This document shows positions 9,374 through 17,925 of a stretch of DNA of 64,000 bases, one piece after another. Origin of the DNA: Methanomethylovorans hollandica DSM 15978 (GTDB taxonomy: Archaea; Halobacteriota; Methanosarcinia; Methanosarcinales; Methanosarcinaceae); contig NC_019977.1 in assembly GCF_000328665.1 (NCBI RefSeq), positions 1,604,011 to 1,668,010 of the forward strand, read 5' to 3'. The notes under the pieces are model-generated. The model was not told where the DNA came from. It did no database searches and was given only the letters and a program-made list of their open reading frames with translations. A program made the position numbers and the translations under genes. Positions within the stretch are counted from its first letter, which is position 1, and every line of letters starts with the position of its first letter.

Positions 9374-10423
9374 TTACAGAATTCCCCTCCTTTCACATTC
9401 TATCTTTAAACGATGGTCTATTTGCCTGTAGACCTGCTCCGAGATCTGATCAATGTTAAACTGACGTTTAAGATCAGTTTCTATTTTGGAATATGTAATG
9501 GCAGATTGTGTCAGCATTGTCTCTTTTGTGAGGGCTACACTGCTTTTTATTTCCATGAGTTTCTGATTTATCAGGTGATCTAGATCAGGCAGAGCATGAA
9601 AAACAAGTTCTTTGCCTGCTCCTGAAACATCGCTTACCTCTATGTTCCGAGAAACAATACCCTCGTTGCTGACAGCAGAATTTCTGGCTCCGTTAATTCT
9701 CAGGATATTCTTGGAATCAGGGAGGCCGAACCCATACTTATGGGCCGGATGAACCGGGAAATTTCTGTTAACACCGGCCAGGCTGAGGGAAGAGATAAGA
9801 TTATTTTTTTTCCATCCAGAGCGAACAATGTCAGTGAGATCTGTATTTGGCATGTATGATGGTAAAGACAGCTTATGCCCTGATTCAAAATAAGATATCA
9901 ACTTATTTGTATTGTGAACAGAATAATTTTTGATATCTTCTGCTCTATATAGCTTTCCTTCATTCAGGATATCCCTATTAGTAACTTTTCTTAAAAAACT
10001 GACAGAATTTAAACGACCTGGAGCTCCCAATGGGCTATGTATTACCTTTTTTGAAGGCAAACCCATTATATTTGAAACAAATATCTTTTTCGCTTCTTTA
10101 GTGGCAACAGGGACCCGCTGAAAAATCTTTTTTGGCAAAGATATTGCTGATCCCTTTACATAATATCTGTTATTCTTGAGTGCTGAAACCTCTGTAACAG
10201 TCTTATAGGCAAAACCCTGGAACATTTGTTGCAGTCGGACGGTCACATGCATTTTGTTGTGCAAAGTGATGAACCATCGGGGAATTTGATCGTAAACAAG
10301 TGCTGGAAAAAGAATATATTTTCTTTTTCCTGGCAGGTGTTTATGCATAATTCTTGTATGGAACTTAGGATCAGATAAAGTAAACATTTTAATCCACCCG
10401 TCAGCTATCTTTCTTGATACCAT
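9374..10423 (-). CDS. Hypothetical eCIS protein (basic, divergent; tape-measure-like candidate)
   Basis: Stop abuts the LysM gene ATG; C-terminal QISEQVYRQIDHRLKIECERRG resembles the motif I recall at this position in eCIS loci; start is 10423 or 10387. Confidence 0.6.
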   Translation of the reverse strand: MVSRKIADGWIKMFTLSDPKFHTRIMHKHLPGKRKYILFPALVYDQIPRWFITLHNKMHVTVRLQQMFQGFAYKTVTEVSALKNNRYYVKGSAISLPKKIFQRVPVATKEAKKIFVSNIMGLPSKKVIHSPLGAPGRLNSVSFLRKVTNRDILNEGKLYRAEDIKNYSVHNTNKLISYFESGHKLSLPSYMPNTDLTDIVRSGWKKNNLISSLSLAGVNRNFPVHPAHKYGFGLPDSKNILRINGARNSAVSNEGIVSRNIEVSDVSGAGKELVFHALPDLDHLINQKLMEIKSSVALTKETMLTQSAITYSKIETDLKRQFNIDQISEQVYRQIDHRLKIECERRGIL

Positions 10424-10838
10424 TATGAACCAGTTCAACGGTCTCGAATGCAATTGTATTGCTGTCAGCCTTAAGGTCGGGTCCGGTCCATTTAACCGGG
10501 TATGCAGCGGAAAAATTCCAGCGCCATTTATCCTCTCCTGTAGCATCCATTAAAATGATAGCTCCTGATTTCCTTTCGAACTTGCCGTTCACCACGTCCT
10601 GATACCACTGCCACATCTGGTCAAGCTCGGTGATTCCCCGTTTTAAAATGATTTTCTGGTACTTTGTTCTTTTAGGAAGCTGATGCACATAATCGTTGAC
10701 ACCTCCTTCCTCATAGGATTCGGTCTCTGTTTCTATCTGAAGGCCCGTAACCTCGGACATCTGGGCAAATGTGATCCCATCGATCTCTACACGAAACCGA
10801 AAGGACATGAAAGGATCCGTTTTTCCTGCAGTGGTCAC
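10401..10838 (-). CDS. Tail tube protein (T4 gp19 family, Afp5-like)
   Basis: DPFMSFRFRVEIDG, YEEGG, LKRGIT, WNFSAAYPVKWTGPDL, ETVELVHNG. Confidence 0.95.
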   Translation of the reverse strand: MTTAGKTDPFMSFRFRVEIDGITFAQMSEVTGLQIETETESYEEGGVNDYVHQLPKRTKYQKIILKRGITELDQMWQWYQDVVNGKFERKSGAIILMDATGEDKWRWNFSAAYPVKWTGPDLKADSNTIAFETVELVHNGIKKDS

Positions 10839-10878
10839 CTTTTTCCCCCCTTTGCATCTGAAGAAAATAGAATATACC

Positions 10879-11064
10879 TTATTCTACCTCGAGAATACTC
10901 CGTTGTTTCTCTTCACTCATGCGCTGATTGATTCTGGAGATCTCTTCACACCATCTATGTCTATCCTGGTGTTCCATATTGATTATTTCTTCAAGGGACC
11001 AGTGGAAATGGTATGCAATAAAGGCTACCTCCTCGTATATCCTCTCGGGGGGGTAGCCTTTCAT
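10879..11064 (-). CDS. DUF6760-like small protein (tail chaperone T-like segment)
   Basis: YEEVAFIAYHFHWS..EI..MEH.DR.RW..EIS.IN motif; ATGA overlap with the upstream gene. Confidence 0.8.
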   Translation of the reverse strand: MKGYPPERIYEEVAFIAYHFHWSLEEIINMEHQDRHRWCEEISRINQRMSEEKQRSILEVE

Positions 11065-11426
11065 TCCCCCAGATACTCACTCTCAATATCGAATTTCTCT
11101 CCGCATTTTGGACATGTAGTTCTTATTTTGGATGTGCCGTCTTCGTTAATTCTGTTGTAAAAGTCCTGCAGGAAGGCAAGGTCCGAAGCAAAGAGGTTCT
11201 CGATCGTATTTGTGCTGATGTGCTCCAGATTCCCAAGTTTTGTGATCACCCTTGAAAGCAGGATCACAGTGAGGTAAGCTGGATTTGCCTGTACCTTCGG
11301 ATCCTTTAATGGAAGGATCTCATCGGCTGCAGTGGCCAGACGCATGATACCATTTTTATGCAGAGTTCCTTCCTGGTCCACATACCCCCGGGGTAAATCA
11401 AATTCGAATTCTGTCTGGAATGTCAC
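11061..11426 (-). CDS. Tail assembly chaperone-like protein
   Basis: FQTEFEFDLPRGYVD, MRLATAADEI, LFASDLAFLQDFYNRIN, CPKCG; GTG start after GGAGG. Confidence 0.8.
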   Translation of the reverse strand: MTFQTEFEFDLPRGYVDQEGTLHKNGIMRLATAADEILPLKDPKVQANPAYLTVILLSRVITKLGNLEHISTNTIENLFASDLAFLQDFYNRINEDGTSKIRTTCPKCGEKFDIESEYLGE

Positions 11427-11444
11427 TTATATGCCTCCGCATTA

Positions 11445-11879
11445 TCAGGAATCCCTCTTAAAGCCTTCATGCACTATTTCCAGTGTCTCGATGGCAACTT
11501 CATTACCTTTGGCACTGAAATCCACTGGATCATATTTACTTGGCCATGCTCTTACAATGTTCCACCGTGCCTTATCACTTCCAGCCTCGTCGATAAGTAT
11601 GATGGACATATTTCTCCTCGCACCCTGAGCACCCGAATCTATGACCTGCTGCCTCCAATTATAAAGGTCCATGGAATCTGTGATCCCCCATTTGAGGGTG
11701 ATGTTCCCGTATTTGGTTAAACCTGAAAGCTTACGGAATACAGGTATTTCGTCCCCTTCCCTATATTCAACAGGGTCGGTGGTGGTATCTGCAAAAGTAC
11801 ACTCGCTAAAACCAGCCTGGCTTATTCCATCGATTTCAACCCTGAACCTGAACTGTCTGTATGGATCCTGTCTTACCAT
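11445..11879 (-). CDS. Major tail tube protein (T4 gp19 family, Afp1-like)
   Basis: DPYRQFRFRVEIDG, EYREG, KYGNITLKWG, AWPSKY, ETLEIVHEG; ATG 11879 after GGAGG. Confidence 0.95.
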   Translation of the reverse strand: MVRQDPYRQFRFRVEIDGISQAGFSECTFADTTTDPVEYREGDEIPVFRKLSGLTKYGNITLKWGITDSMDLYNWRQQVIDSGAQGARRNMSIILIDEAGSDKARWNIVRAWPSKYDPVDFSAKGNEVAIETLEIVHEGFKRDS

Positions 11880-11928
11880 TATAGTTTCCTCCAATGATTA
11901 TTCTCTTTTTCAGGAATGCAACTGCCAT

Positions 11929-13551
11929 TTATTCCGTGGCTGCGCTCCCTCCTGCCCACTGGGCTATACGGAATATCACAAATTCTGCAGGTTTTACAGG
12001 AGCTATGCCGATCACACAGATCAACCTGCCATTGTCAATATCGTCCTGGGTCATGGTCGTCCTGTCGCATTTCACAAAGAACGCTTCTTCGGGCTTTGTA
12101 CCCATCAGAGCGCCGTCCTTCCAGACAGTGGTAAGGAATTGGGTGATGGTAGCCCTGACCCTTGCCCAGAGCCTTTCGTTGTTCGGCTCGAAAACAACCC
12201 ACTGAGTGCCTTTTTCAATGGACTCTTCAATATAGATGAAAAGACGGCGGACATTGATGTATTTCCAGAGAGGATCAAGCACGATATTCCTGGCTCCCCA
12301 TACGAGTATTCCCCGATCTGTAAAATTACGGATCACATTGATCCCTCTGGGGTTCAGGATGCCTTGCTCATCTTTAGTTAACTCGAACTCAAGCCCTAAT
12401 GCTCCTCTTACAACCTCATTTGCAGGAGCCTTATGCACTCCACGCTCGATATCGCTGCGGGCATAGATGCCAGCAACATGCCCGCCTGGCGGGACCTGCT
12501 TGATCTGCTGGCTCAGGGGATCATACACCTTTAACCATGGATAGTAGATAGCCCCGTACTTGGATTGTCTGCCAGCAGTGCTAATAATTGTCAAGCCTGA
12601 AATGTTAGGGTTGTCTTTCCCCACTTCAAGGATAGCAAACCTGTCCTTGAGGACTTCACACTGGGTAAGAAGATCGCTTATTAATGTCTTCCTTATATCC
12701 GAAGAGAGTTGATGCAGGTCCGGAGCACATAGGATGGATATTTCATCGATATCCCCTAAAGCAGTAAGCCCCTCTTTTTTCCCCGGTACTGCTGCAGGAT
12801 CTCCGAGGAAGTCACGCCTGCTTAATGGCACTGATGTTTCTTCTGCATCAAGGCCGTCTTCCAAGACATCGAAAAATACAGTGTCTTCTGTGTTTGAAGG
12901 CCTGCCTGAACCTTCCATGACTACGAGATTTGAAAGATTGTTCAGTGGATCTCCTAACTTTTTAAGAAAAAAGTCCGATGATGTTGCATCTTCTGAAAGA
13001 TTGTCAAAAGTCTCCACAGAATCCGCTCTTTCAAGTAGTTCCCTAAATTTTCTCTCTTTTTCCGTGTCGGGAACATTAAAATTTGCTGGAAAATTCACAT
13101 TCTTCCAGTAAGCTATTGTCAGTTTAAAGGATCGTTTTCCGGCAGGTTCATCATTTTCAGGGTCGATCGAAGAATTGTCAACTCTTATAGCAACCCTGTT
13201 GCCCCAGGCCCCTTCTCCAATGGCCTTGAAGATCACTTCGCCCTTGGTCAAAGCAGCAGATTCTGCTCCTCCGGCACCTTCAACACCCCGTCGGACAACC
13301 CGTGCAATATAACAACGTTTACCTCCATTACTGAAAAAACCTTCCACTGCATATGGAAGGTAGGAATCTTCGGTATAACTGCCGTAGACTCTCATGAACT
13401 GGGTCCAGCTTGTGACCAGTTTAGGCGGGATTGTGGGGCCGCGCTCGGTAAGACCGAGGAAACCCACTGTACTTGTACTCACTCCTTCGATCGGCCTGGC
13501 ACCGATCTCAAACTCTTCTATATAGACTCCTGGTGTTAAATACTCTGGAAT
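11929..13551 (-). CDS. Contractile tail sheath protein (Afp2/3/4-like), apparent ATT start
   Basis: YYPW, PPGGHVAGIYAR, GVHKAPAN, VWGAR, YINVRRL, WVVFEPN, PVKPAEFVIFR; the conserved N-terminus PEYLTPGVYIEE lies in frame upstream of the ORF-track GTG (13482). Confidence 0.93.
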   Translation of the reverse strand: MPEYLTPGVYIEEFEIGARPIEGVSTSTVGFLGLTERGPTIPPKLVTSWTQFMRVYGSYTEDSYLPYAVEGFFSNGGKRCYIARVVRRGVEGAGGAESAALTKGEVIFKAIGEGAWGNRVAIRVDNSSIDPENDEPAGKRSFKLTIAYWKNVNFPANFNVPDTEKERKFRELLERADSVETFDNLSEDATSSDFFLKKLGDPLNNLSNLVVMEGSGRPSNTEDTVFFDVLEDGLDAEETSVPLSRRDFLGDPAAVPGKKEGLTALGDIDEISILCAPDLHQLSSDIRKTLISDLLTQCEVLKDRFAILEVGKDNPNISGLTIISTAGRQSKYGAIYYPWLKVYDPLSQQIKQVPPGGHVAGIYARSDIERGVHKAPANEVVRGALGLEFELTKDEQGILNPRGINVIRNFTDRGILVWGARNIVLDPLWKYINVRRLFIYIEESIEKGTQWVVFEPNNERLWARVRATITQFLTTVWKDGALMGTKPEEAFFVKCDRTTMTQDDIDNGRLICVIGIAPVKPAEFVIFRIAQWAGGSAATE

Positions 13552-13696
13552 GATGTTCTCCTCCTTATATATTTATAGTGTTATTGAAATATATTTTACT
13601 GATCTACAACTAATCTAAATGTTATCATGAAAACAAAAACAATTATGAATTATAATTTGAAATTCCTACTCCAGAATATCTGGATCAGGCACTTCA

Positions 13697-14296
13697 TCAG
13701 GGAAGAGAAATAAAACCCGATGAAACTGTTTGGAACTCTTTTGCAGTAACATTAATTGTTCTGGTAATACCATTTTTTTTGCTCTCAATGCTTACCTCCT
13801 CTTCATTCTCAATGCCACTCAAATAAACAACAAAACTTCCCTTCCCATCACTTATGGTTTCCATATTTCTGCCTATCACCCTCAACTGAGCACCTTTTAC
13901 GGGTTCATTTGCTCCATCCCTGACAACACCCCTTACAAGTGTTGCATTTGAGGAAAATGGGTACTCAGGTCTGGGCTTAAGGACTATTTCAGTTATCAAA
14001 GGATTTTTTGGATCGAGAATAGGTGGAAGATCAACAGTTGTTTCCTTTGGGAAATACATATCGGAGTCAACTCTCACAGTGTAAGTTCCAGCTTTGAGGT
14101 CCGTAAAGAGATAATAGCCGCTTGTGTTTTTCATGGCTTTTTTGTCTGTTTCCTTTACCTTCACCTTAATGTTGCCAATGGTTTCGTTTTTTGTTAGATC
14201 ATCGATTAGCTGAACTGCAAAAGAAAGTGTGGTTGTCACCACATGATCCAGATATGCAACATACTGACCGGTCTCATAAGGTGTGGAAAAAGCCAT
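13697..14296 (-). CDS. Carboxypeptidase-regulatory-like (beta-sandwich) domain protein
   Basis: NTSGYYLFTDLKAGTYTVRV and VRGVVRDGANEPVKGAQL...SDGKGSF motifs; follows the DUF4255 gene. Confidence 0.7.
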   Translation of the reverse strand: MAFSTPYETGQYVAYLDHVVTTTLSFAVQLIDDLTKNETIGNIKVKVKETDKKAMKNTSGYYLFTDLKAGTYTVRVDSDMYFPKETTVDLPPILDPKNPLITEIVLKPRPEYPFSSNATLVRGVVRDGANEPVKGAQLRVIGRNMETISDGKGSFVVYLSGIENEEEVSIESKKNGITRTINVTAKEFQTVSSGFISLP

Positions 14297-14300
14297 TGTG

Positions 14301-14915
14301 TCATCCTTCTTGCTGACTTTCTTTCTTCGTCATCATTTGCATATAATCCATCTCTTTGGATATCACTCTCTGAACACTCATCTTCCGAGTTGAATCGATC
14401 CTCACCGGAGTTACCACGTAGCAAACTGAAGATTTGAAGGGTCTGCCCGCAAAGGTGGTCCATATCTTAGTAAGGTCGTCCAGACTGAGGGAAGTTAGCG
14501 TTATATGCAATTCATCGCTTCTGTCAAGGTTTCCCTTCAAAAGTGATCCGCCCAGGATAGAATTATCATGGAGGACCTGCAGAGCTCTTCCCAAAACCCT
14601 GTGCTCTTCCAGCGCCTTTTCGGTTTTATCTTGTTCCCCGGAAGATACATGAGATGTCAGCATGTAATATAATTCAAGGATTTGGGGCGGAAACGTAACC
14701 TTTGTGGGATCACTCAACTGCATCTCCTGGTTCTTTAAATGGGCATTTTCAAGTATCTGGTATAAGAAGAGAGATAGTCGAACATTATCTTTGGCATCGA
14801 TCTCTCCCGGAGAAGCCAATATTATAGAATCCGCCGGTATCAGATCTTTCATATTATCCTTTAATAATTCTATCAACGTTTCTCCGACATCTGCTATCGC
14901 TCTGTAATCAGACAT
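14301..14915 (-). CDS. DUF4255 / Pvc16 (Afp16-like) tail terminator-cap protein
   Basis: MSDYRAIADVGETL, LSLFLYQILENAHLKNQ, LELYYMLT, LGRALQVLHD, KIWTTF..PFKSSVCY; ATG 14915 overlaps the ATPase stop. Confidence 0.88.
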   Translation of the reverse strand: MSDYRAIADVGETLIELLKDNMKDLIPADSIILASPGEIDAKDNVRLSLFLYQILENAHLKNQEMQLSDPTKVTFPPQILELYYMLTSHVSSGEQDKTEKALEEHRVLGRALQVLHDNSILGGSLLKGNLDRSDELHITLTSLSLDDLTKIWTTFAGRPFKSSVCYVVTPVRIDSTRKMSVQRVISKEMDYMQMMTKKESQQEG

Positions 14916-17133
14916 TGTCCTTTTCTCCGGATTGCTTGATCCAACGGGAATACTCTCCAAAATCAGCTTCAGTAAAAAGCTTCCCAATCTTTTGTAATTC
15001 CCTTTTTGTAGCTTTTATCAGGTGTTCCATTCCCACAATACCTGAACTCCCTGCAGCCAGAAAGGCTGCTGCAAGTGCTATATTTTTAATGTTTCCTCCA
15101 GTGAACCTGAACTTTGATAGGAAAGAGAAGTCCACATCATCTCCAAGGGGAGTTTCAGCCGGAAACATGCCCTTCCAGATCATTTCCCTGGACATGTCAT
15201 CGGGGAGTGGGAATTCGATAGTGAAATGCAGCCTGCGCAGGAATGCATCGTCTATATTTTTTCGGAAATTACTTGCAAGGATCACCGTTCCTACATGTTC
15301 CTCCATTTTCTGGAGCAGATAGGCAATTTCAATGTTTGCATACCGATCATGAGCATCCTTAACTTCCGATCTCTTTCCAAAAAGTGAATCCGCTTCATCA
15401 AAAAAGAGGATCGCATTGCTTGATTGAGCTTCATTGAAGATCTTTTCCAGGTTTTTTTCAGTCTCCCCAATATATTTACTAACCACATTTGATAGATCGA
15501 TTTTATAGATGTCCAGATCCACCACATTTGCAACGATCTCCGCAGCCATGGTCTTTCCGGTTCCGGATGGCCCGGAGAAAAGAACATTCAATCCCTTTCC
15601 CAGGGATAGTTTCTTTTCGAAGCCCCAGTCAGAGTATACTTTTCCTCTGTACCTGATAAAACCACAGACTTCTTTTAACTGCGATTTTGTATCCTTGGGG
15701 AGAACTATATCTTTCCAGGTATAATGTGGATCGATCTTTATGGCAAGAGAACTTATTTTTTGATTGGACTGGAGCCTACAGCCCTCGTAAAGGTCTTCCA
15801 TCGATAAGACAGGATTGGAAGGGTCCTTCAACTTTGCGAAAGTATGTGCTGTGAGGACCGCATCCTTTATTCGACCACCCGTTAGCTGGAACTTGCTTGC
15901 AAGAATGTTCGTATCCACATTGAAGGCTACGTTGTAACCTTCCAAAGCATTCTCCCATAATTGTTTACGCAGCGGATATGAAGGCAAAGGAAAGGAAAAA
16001 TGTATAAACCCATTGTTCATGAGCTCTTCTTTCAATCCCTCACTGCGCTCCAAAGGTTTCGTTCCGGCTATGAATAACCAATTAGGGAAAGCCATTAAGA
16101 CCTGGATCAGAGATCTTATCTGAGTTTCCGATTCCCTGAAAGTCAAAGCCCCCTGATCTTCTAACAACGCATCAAAATTCTCGAGATACAATGCCGAATT
16201 TTGCAGGAGTGCTTCTCGTAGTATGAGAGCGGCTGTTTCTGAAGCCTGAGAAGAGGTGTCTTTAAACAGGGATTTTGTATCAACTACAAGCATATCCATT
16301 CCTGCTATCCTGCAGGCTGCTTTTGCTGCACTCGTTTTTCCACTGCCATTAACTCCAGAGAACAGGAACTTCAAGGGAGAACTATTCTGAATATGCCATA
16401 TTATCATGTCCTTCAGCCTGCCTTTGAGGTCAGCAGGAAGGATCAGATCATCAAAAGAACTCTCAGGGTTAACTAAGTGTGAAAGTTCCCGAACTTTCCT
16501 GTCAGGCTGGTCAGACCCCAGTAAAAAACCGATTATTCTCTCATCAACTTTGATGAAGCTGGATATAAGGGGTAACTGTCCATTCTGTCCATCTCCTGTA
16601 AGATGGATCAGCTTGTTTTTAAGCAGCGATGAAGATAGAGAAAAATAGGTTCTGGATCTTAATTTTGCTTCCATCGTCGGGCAGAGCAGATTCATGACCA
16701 GATCGATCCCGGGACGTTTGCGGGTCACATCATTTTGAAGGTAGGAATATATTTTTTCATATTTCAGATCCAATTCCGGAGCAAGCCCGATCAAAAGAAC
16801 GTCGGTTTCGAATGTATCCAGGCCGAACATTTCAACAAGCGTATGAAATCGTAGTTGAGTACCTTGCTTCAGGCTTGCGGCCATTTTAGAGTTAATATTT
16901 TTGCGAATTGCTTCCAGTTCTTTTCTTTTTTCATCTGGCAACGCTTTAAAACTGCCCTGAAAAACCGGTAATTTTTGAAGATTTTGTATTTCACCCTCTG
17001 AGATATAGAGACCCATAAATTCAATAGGTTCTGAATTATCGGCACGTACTGTTTCAAGATAGGTCATAATAACCTGGTCGATCCTTGAAAGCTCATCCAG
17101 CAGATGTTCCAGATTGTCAGTATAAGGTATCAT
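14908..17133 (-). CDS. AAA+ ATPase (Afp15/Pvc15-like)
   Basis: N-terminal LAPELDLKYEKIYSYLQNDVTRKRP; Walker A GVNGSGKT and GPSGTGKT; Walker B LFFDEAD; SKYIGETEKNL; DRYAN. Confidence 0.93.
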   Translation of the reverse strand: MIPYTDNLEHLLDELSRIDQVIMTYLETVRADNSEPIEFMGLYISEGEIQNLQKLPVFQGSFKALPDEKRKELEAIRKNINSKMAASLKQGTQLRFHTLVEMFGLDTFETDVLLIGLAPELDLKYEKIYSYLQNDVTRKRPGIDLVMNLLCPTMEAKLRSRTYFSLSSSLLKNKLIHLTGDGQNGQLPLISSFIKVDERIIGFLLGSDQPDRKVRELSHLVNPESSFDDLILPADLKGRLKDMIIWHIQNSSPLKFLFSGVNGSGKTSAAKAACRIAGMDMLVVDTKSLFKDTSSQASETAALILREALLQNSALYLENFDALLEDQGALTFRESETQIRSLIQVLMAFPNWLFIAGTKPLERSEGLKEELMNNGFIHFSFPLPSYPLRKQLWENALEGYNVAFNVDTNILASKFQLTGGRIKDAVLTAHTFAKLKDPSNPVLSMEDLYEGCRLQSNQKISSLAIKIDPHYTWKDIVLPKDTKSQLKEVCGFIRYRGKVYSDWGFEKKLSLGKGLNVLFSGPSGTGKTMAAEIVANVVDLDIYKIDLSNVVSKYIGETEKNLEKIFNEAQSSNAILFFDEADSLFGKRSEVKDAHDRYANIEIAYLLQKMEEHVGTVILASNFRKNIDDAFLRRLHFTIEFPLPDDMSREMIWKGMFPAETPLGDDVDFSFLSKFRFTGGNIKNIALAAAFLAAGSSGIVGMEHLIKATKRELQKIGKLFTEADFGEYSRWIKQSGEKDNV

Positions 17134-17155
17134 GATAATGTACCTTTATTCTGTT

Positions 17156-17476
17156 TCACGCATTTTTCAAAACTTCATGATATGCATTCATCAAAATTTC
17201 CACATCCCGTAATCTTCCCTGTGACTTGAACCTCTCTACTGCAAGCAGGAACTGTGCAGTATTTTCAACGGGCAGATTTTTCTGTGCAAATTTGCATGCA
17301 AGAACTCTCAGTTCTTTTCTGGAAGAATATTTCTTTGGCCCTTTCCCATCTGCAAAATTGAACATTAGACCACAGTTCCTGTGACCAACTACCCTTGTAG
17401 ATGGATTAAAGGATGTTTTCATATAATCTTTGAATATATCAGTCTCTATGAACTTCCCACACTCACACAGGATCAT
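17156..17476 (-). CDS. Hypothetical Cys/His-containing protein heading the eCIS operon
   Basis: 106 aa; CECG...GHRNCG; 22 nt upstream of the ATPase gene. Confidence 0.7.
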   Translation of the reverse strand: MILCECGKFIETDIFKDYMKTSFNPSTRVVGHRNCGLMFNFADGKGPKKYSSRKELRVLACKFAQKNLPVENTAQFLLAVERFKSQGRLRDVEILMNAYHEVLKNA

Positions 17477-17612
17477 CTAAGCACCCCGATTTTTCAAAAA
17501 TATAAAGCTAGCACTTAATAAAAGGGTGTATCATCGCCCAATCGCTCGCCCCTTGTATTATTGTACTAATATTCAATCCCACTGTACTAATTGTAAATTT
17601 GGTGTGGCATAC

Positions 17613-17630
17613 TATTTAAACATTTTTCTT
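17613..17630 (-). promoter_or_regulatory. Candidate BRE/TATA promoter of the eCIS operon
   Basis: Minus strand reads AAGAAAAATG-TTTAAATA in an AT-rich intergenic region. Confidence 0.4.
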
Positions 17631-17925
17631 GTATTTGACTTTTACCTACTGGCATATATAATTTTATTTTGAATAAGTTATAATATTATCTTTTTTAAAA
17701 AATATATCAAATTTTCTTTTTCTAAGTTCGAAAAGAGATATCAAGAAAAAAAATACATACGATCGGCTAAACAACTTGAAAGATAAGAAGCACACATGCT
17801 GAAGAGGGCCATTATTTTTTGCTGATGACCACAACCTTAATAAATATTAATACAACAATTGTGCTGCATTCCTATAATATAACCAATTAATCTATGTCTG
17901 ATTTGTCAGACCCCAGGGAGGAAAG

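Larger units (their letters stand above)
1..17476 (-). other. Extracellular contractile injection system (eCIS; Afp/PVC/PLTS-like phage-tail-derived gene cluster), truncated at left edge
   Basis: Co-oriented, tightly packed genes for sheath, two tubes, hub, spike, PAAR, gp25, two baseplate J-like proteins, LysM protein, DUF4255 and an AAA+ ATPase; no capsid, terminase, portal or integrase seen. Confidence 0.93.

Noticed and set aside
2547..14987. ORF-track N-terminal extensions (6299, 6699, 7646, 10546, 11894, 14987)
   Set aside because: Most overlap upstream genes and all lack family motifs; downstream ATGs with RBS or stop-start coupling fit better
1..17476. Prophage/provirus or type VI secretion system
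   Set aside because: No capsid, portal, terminase, integrase or replication genes in view; no TssJLM membrane complex or split TssB/C sheath; the DUF4255 plus Afp15-type ATPase points to eCIS
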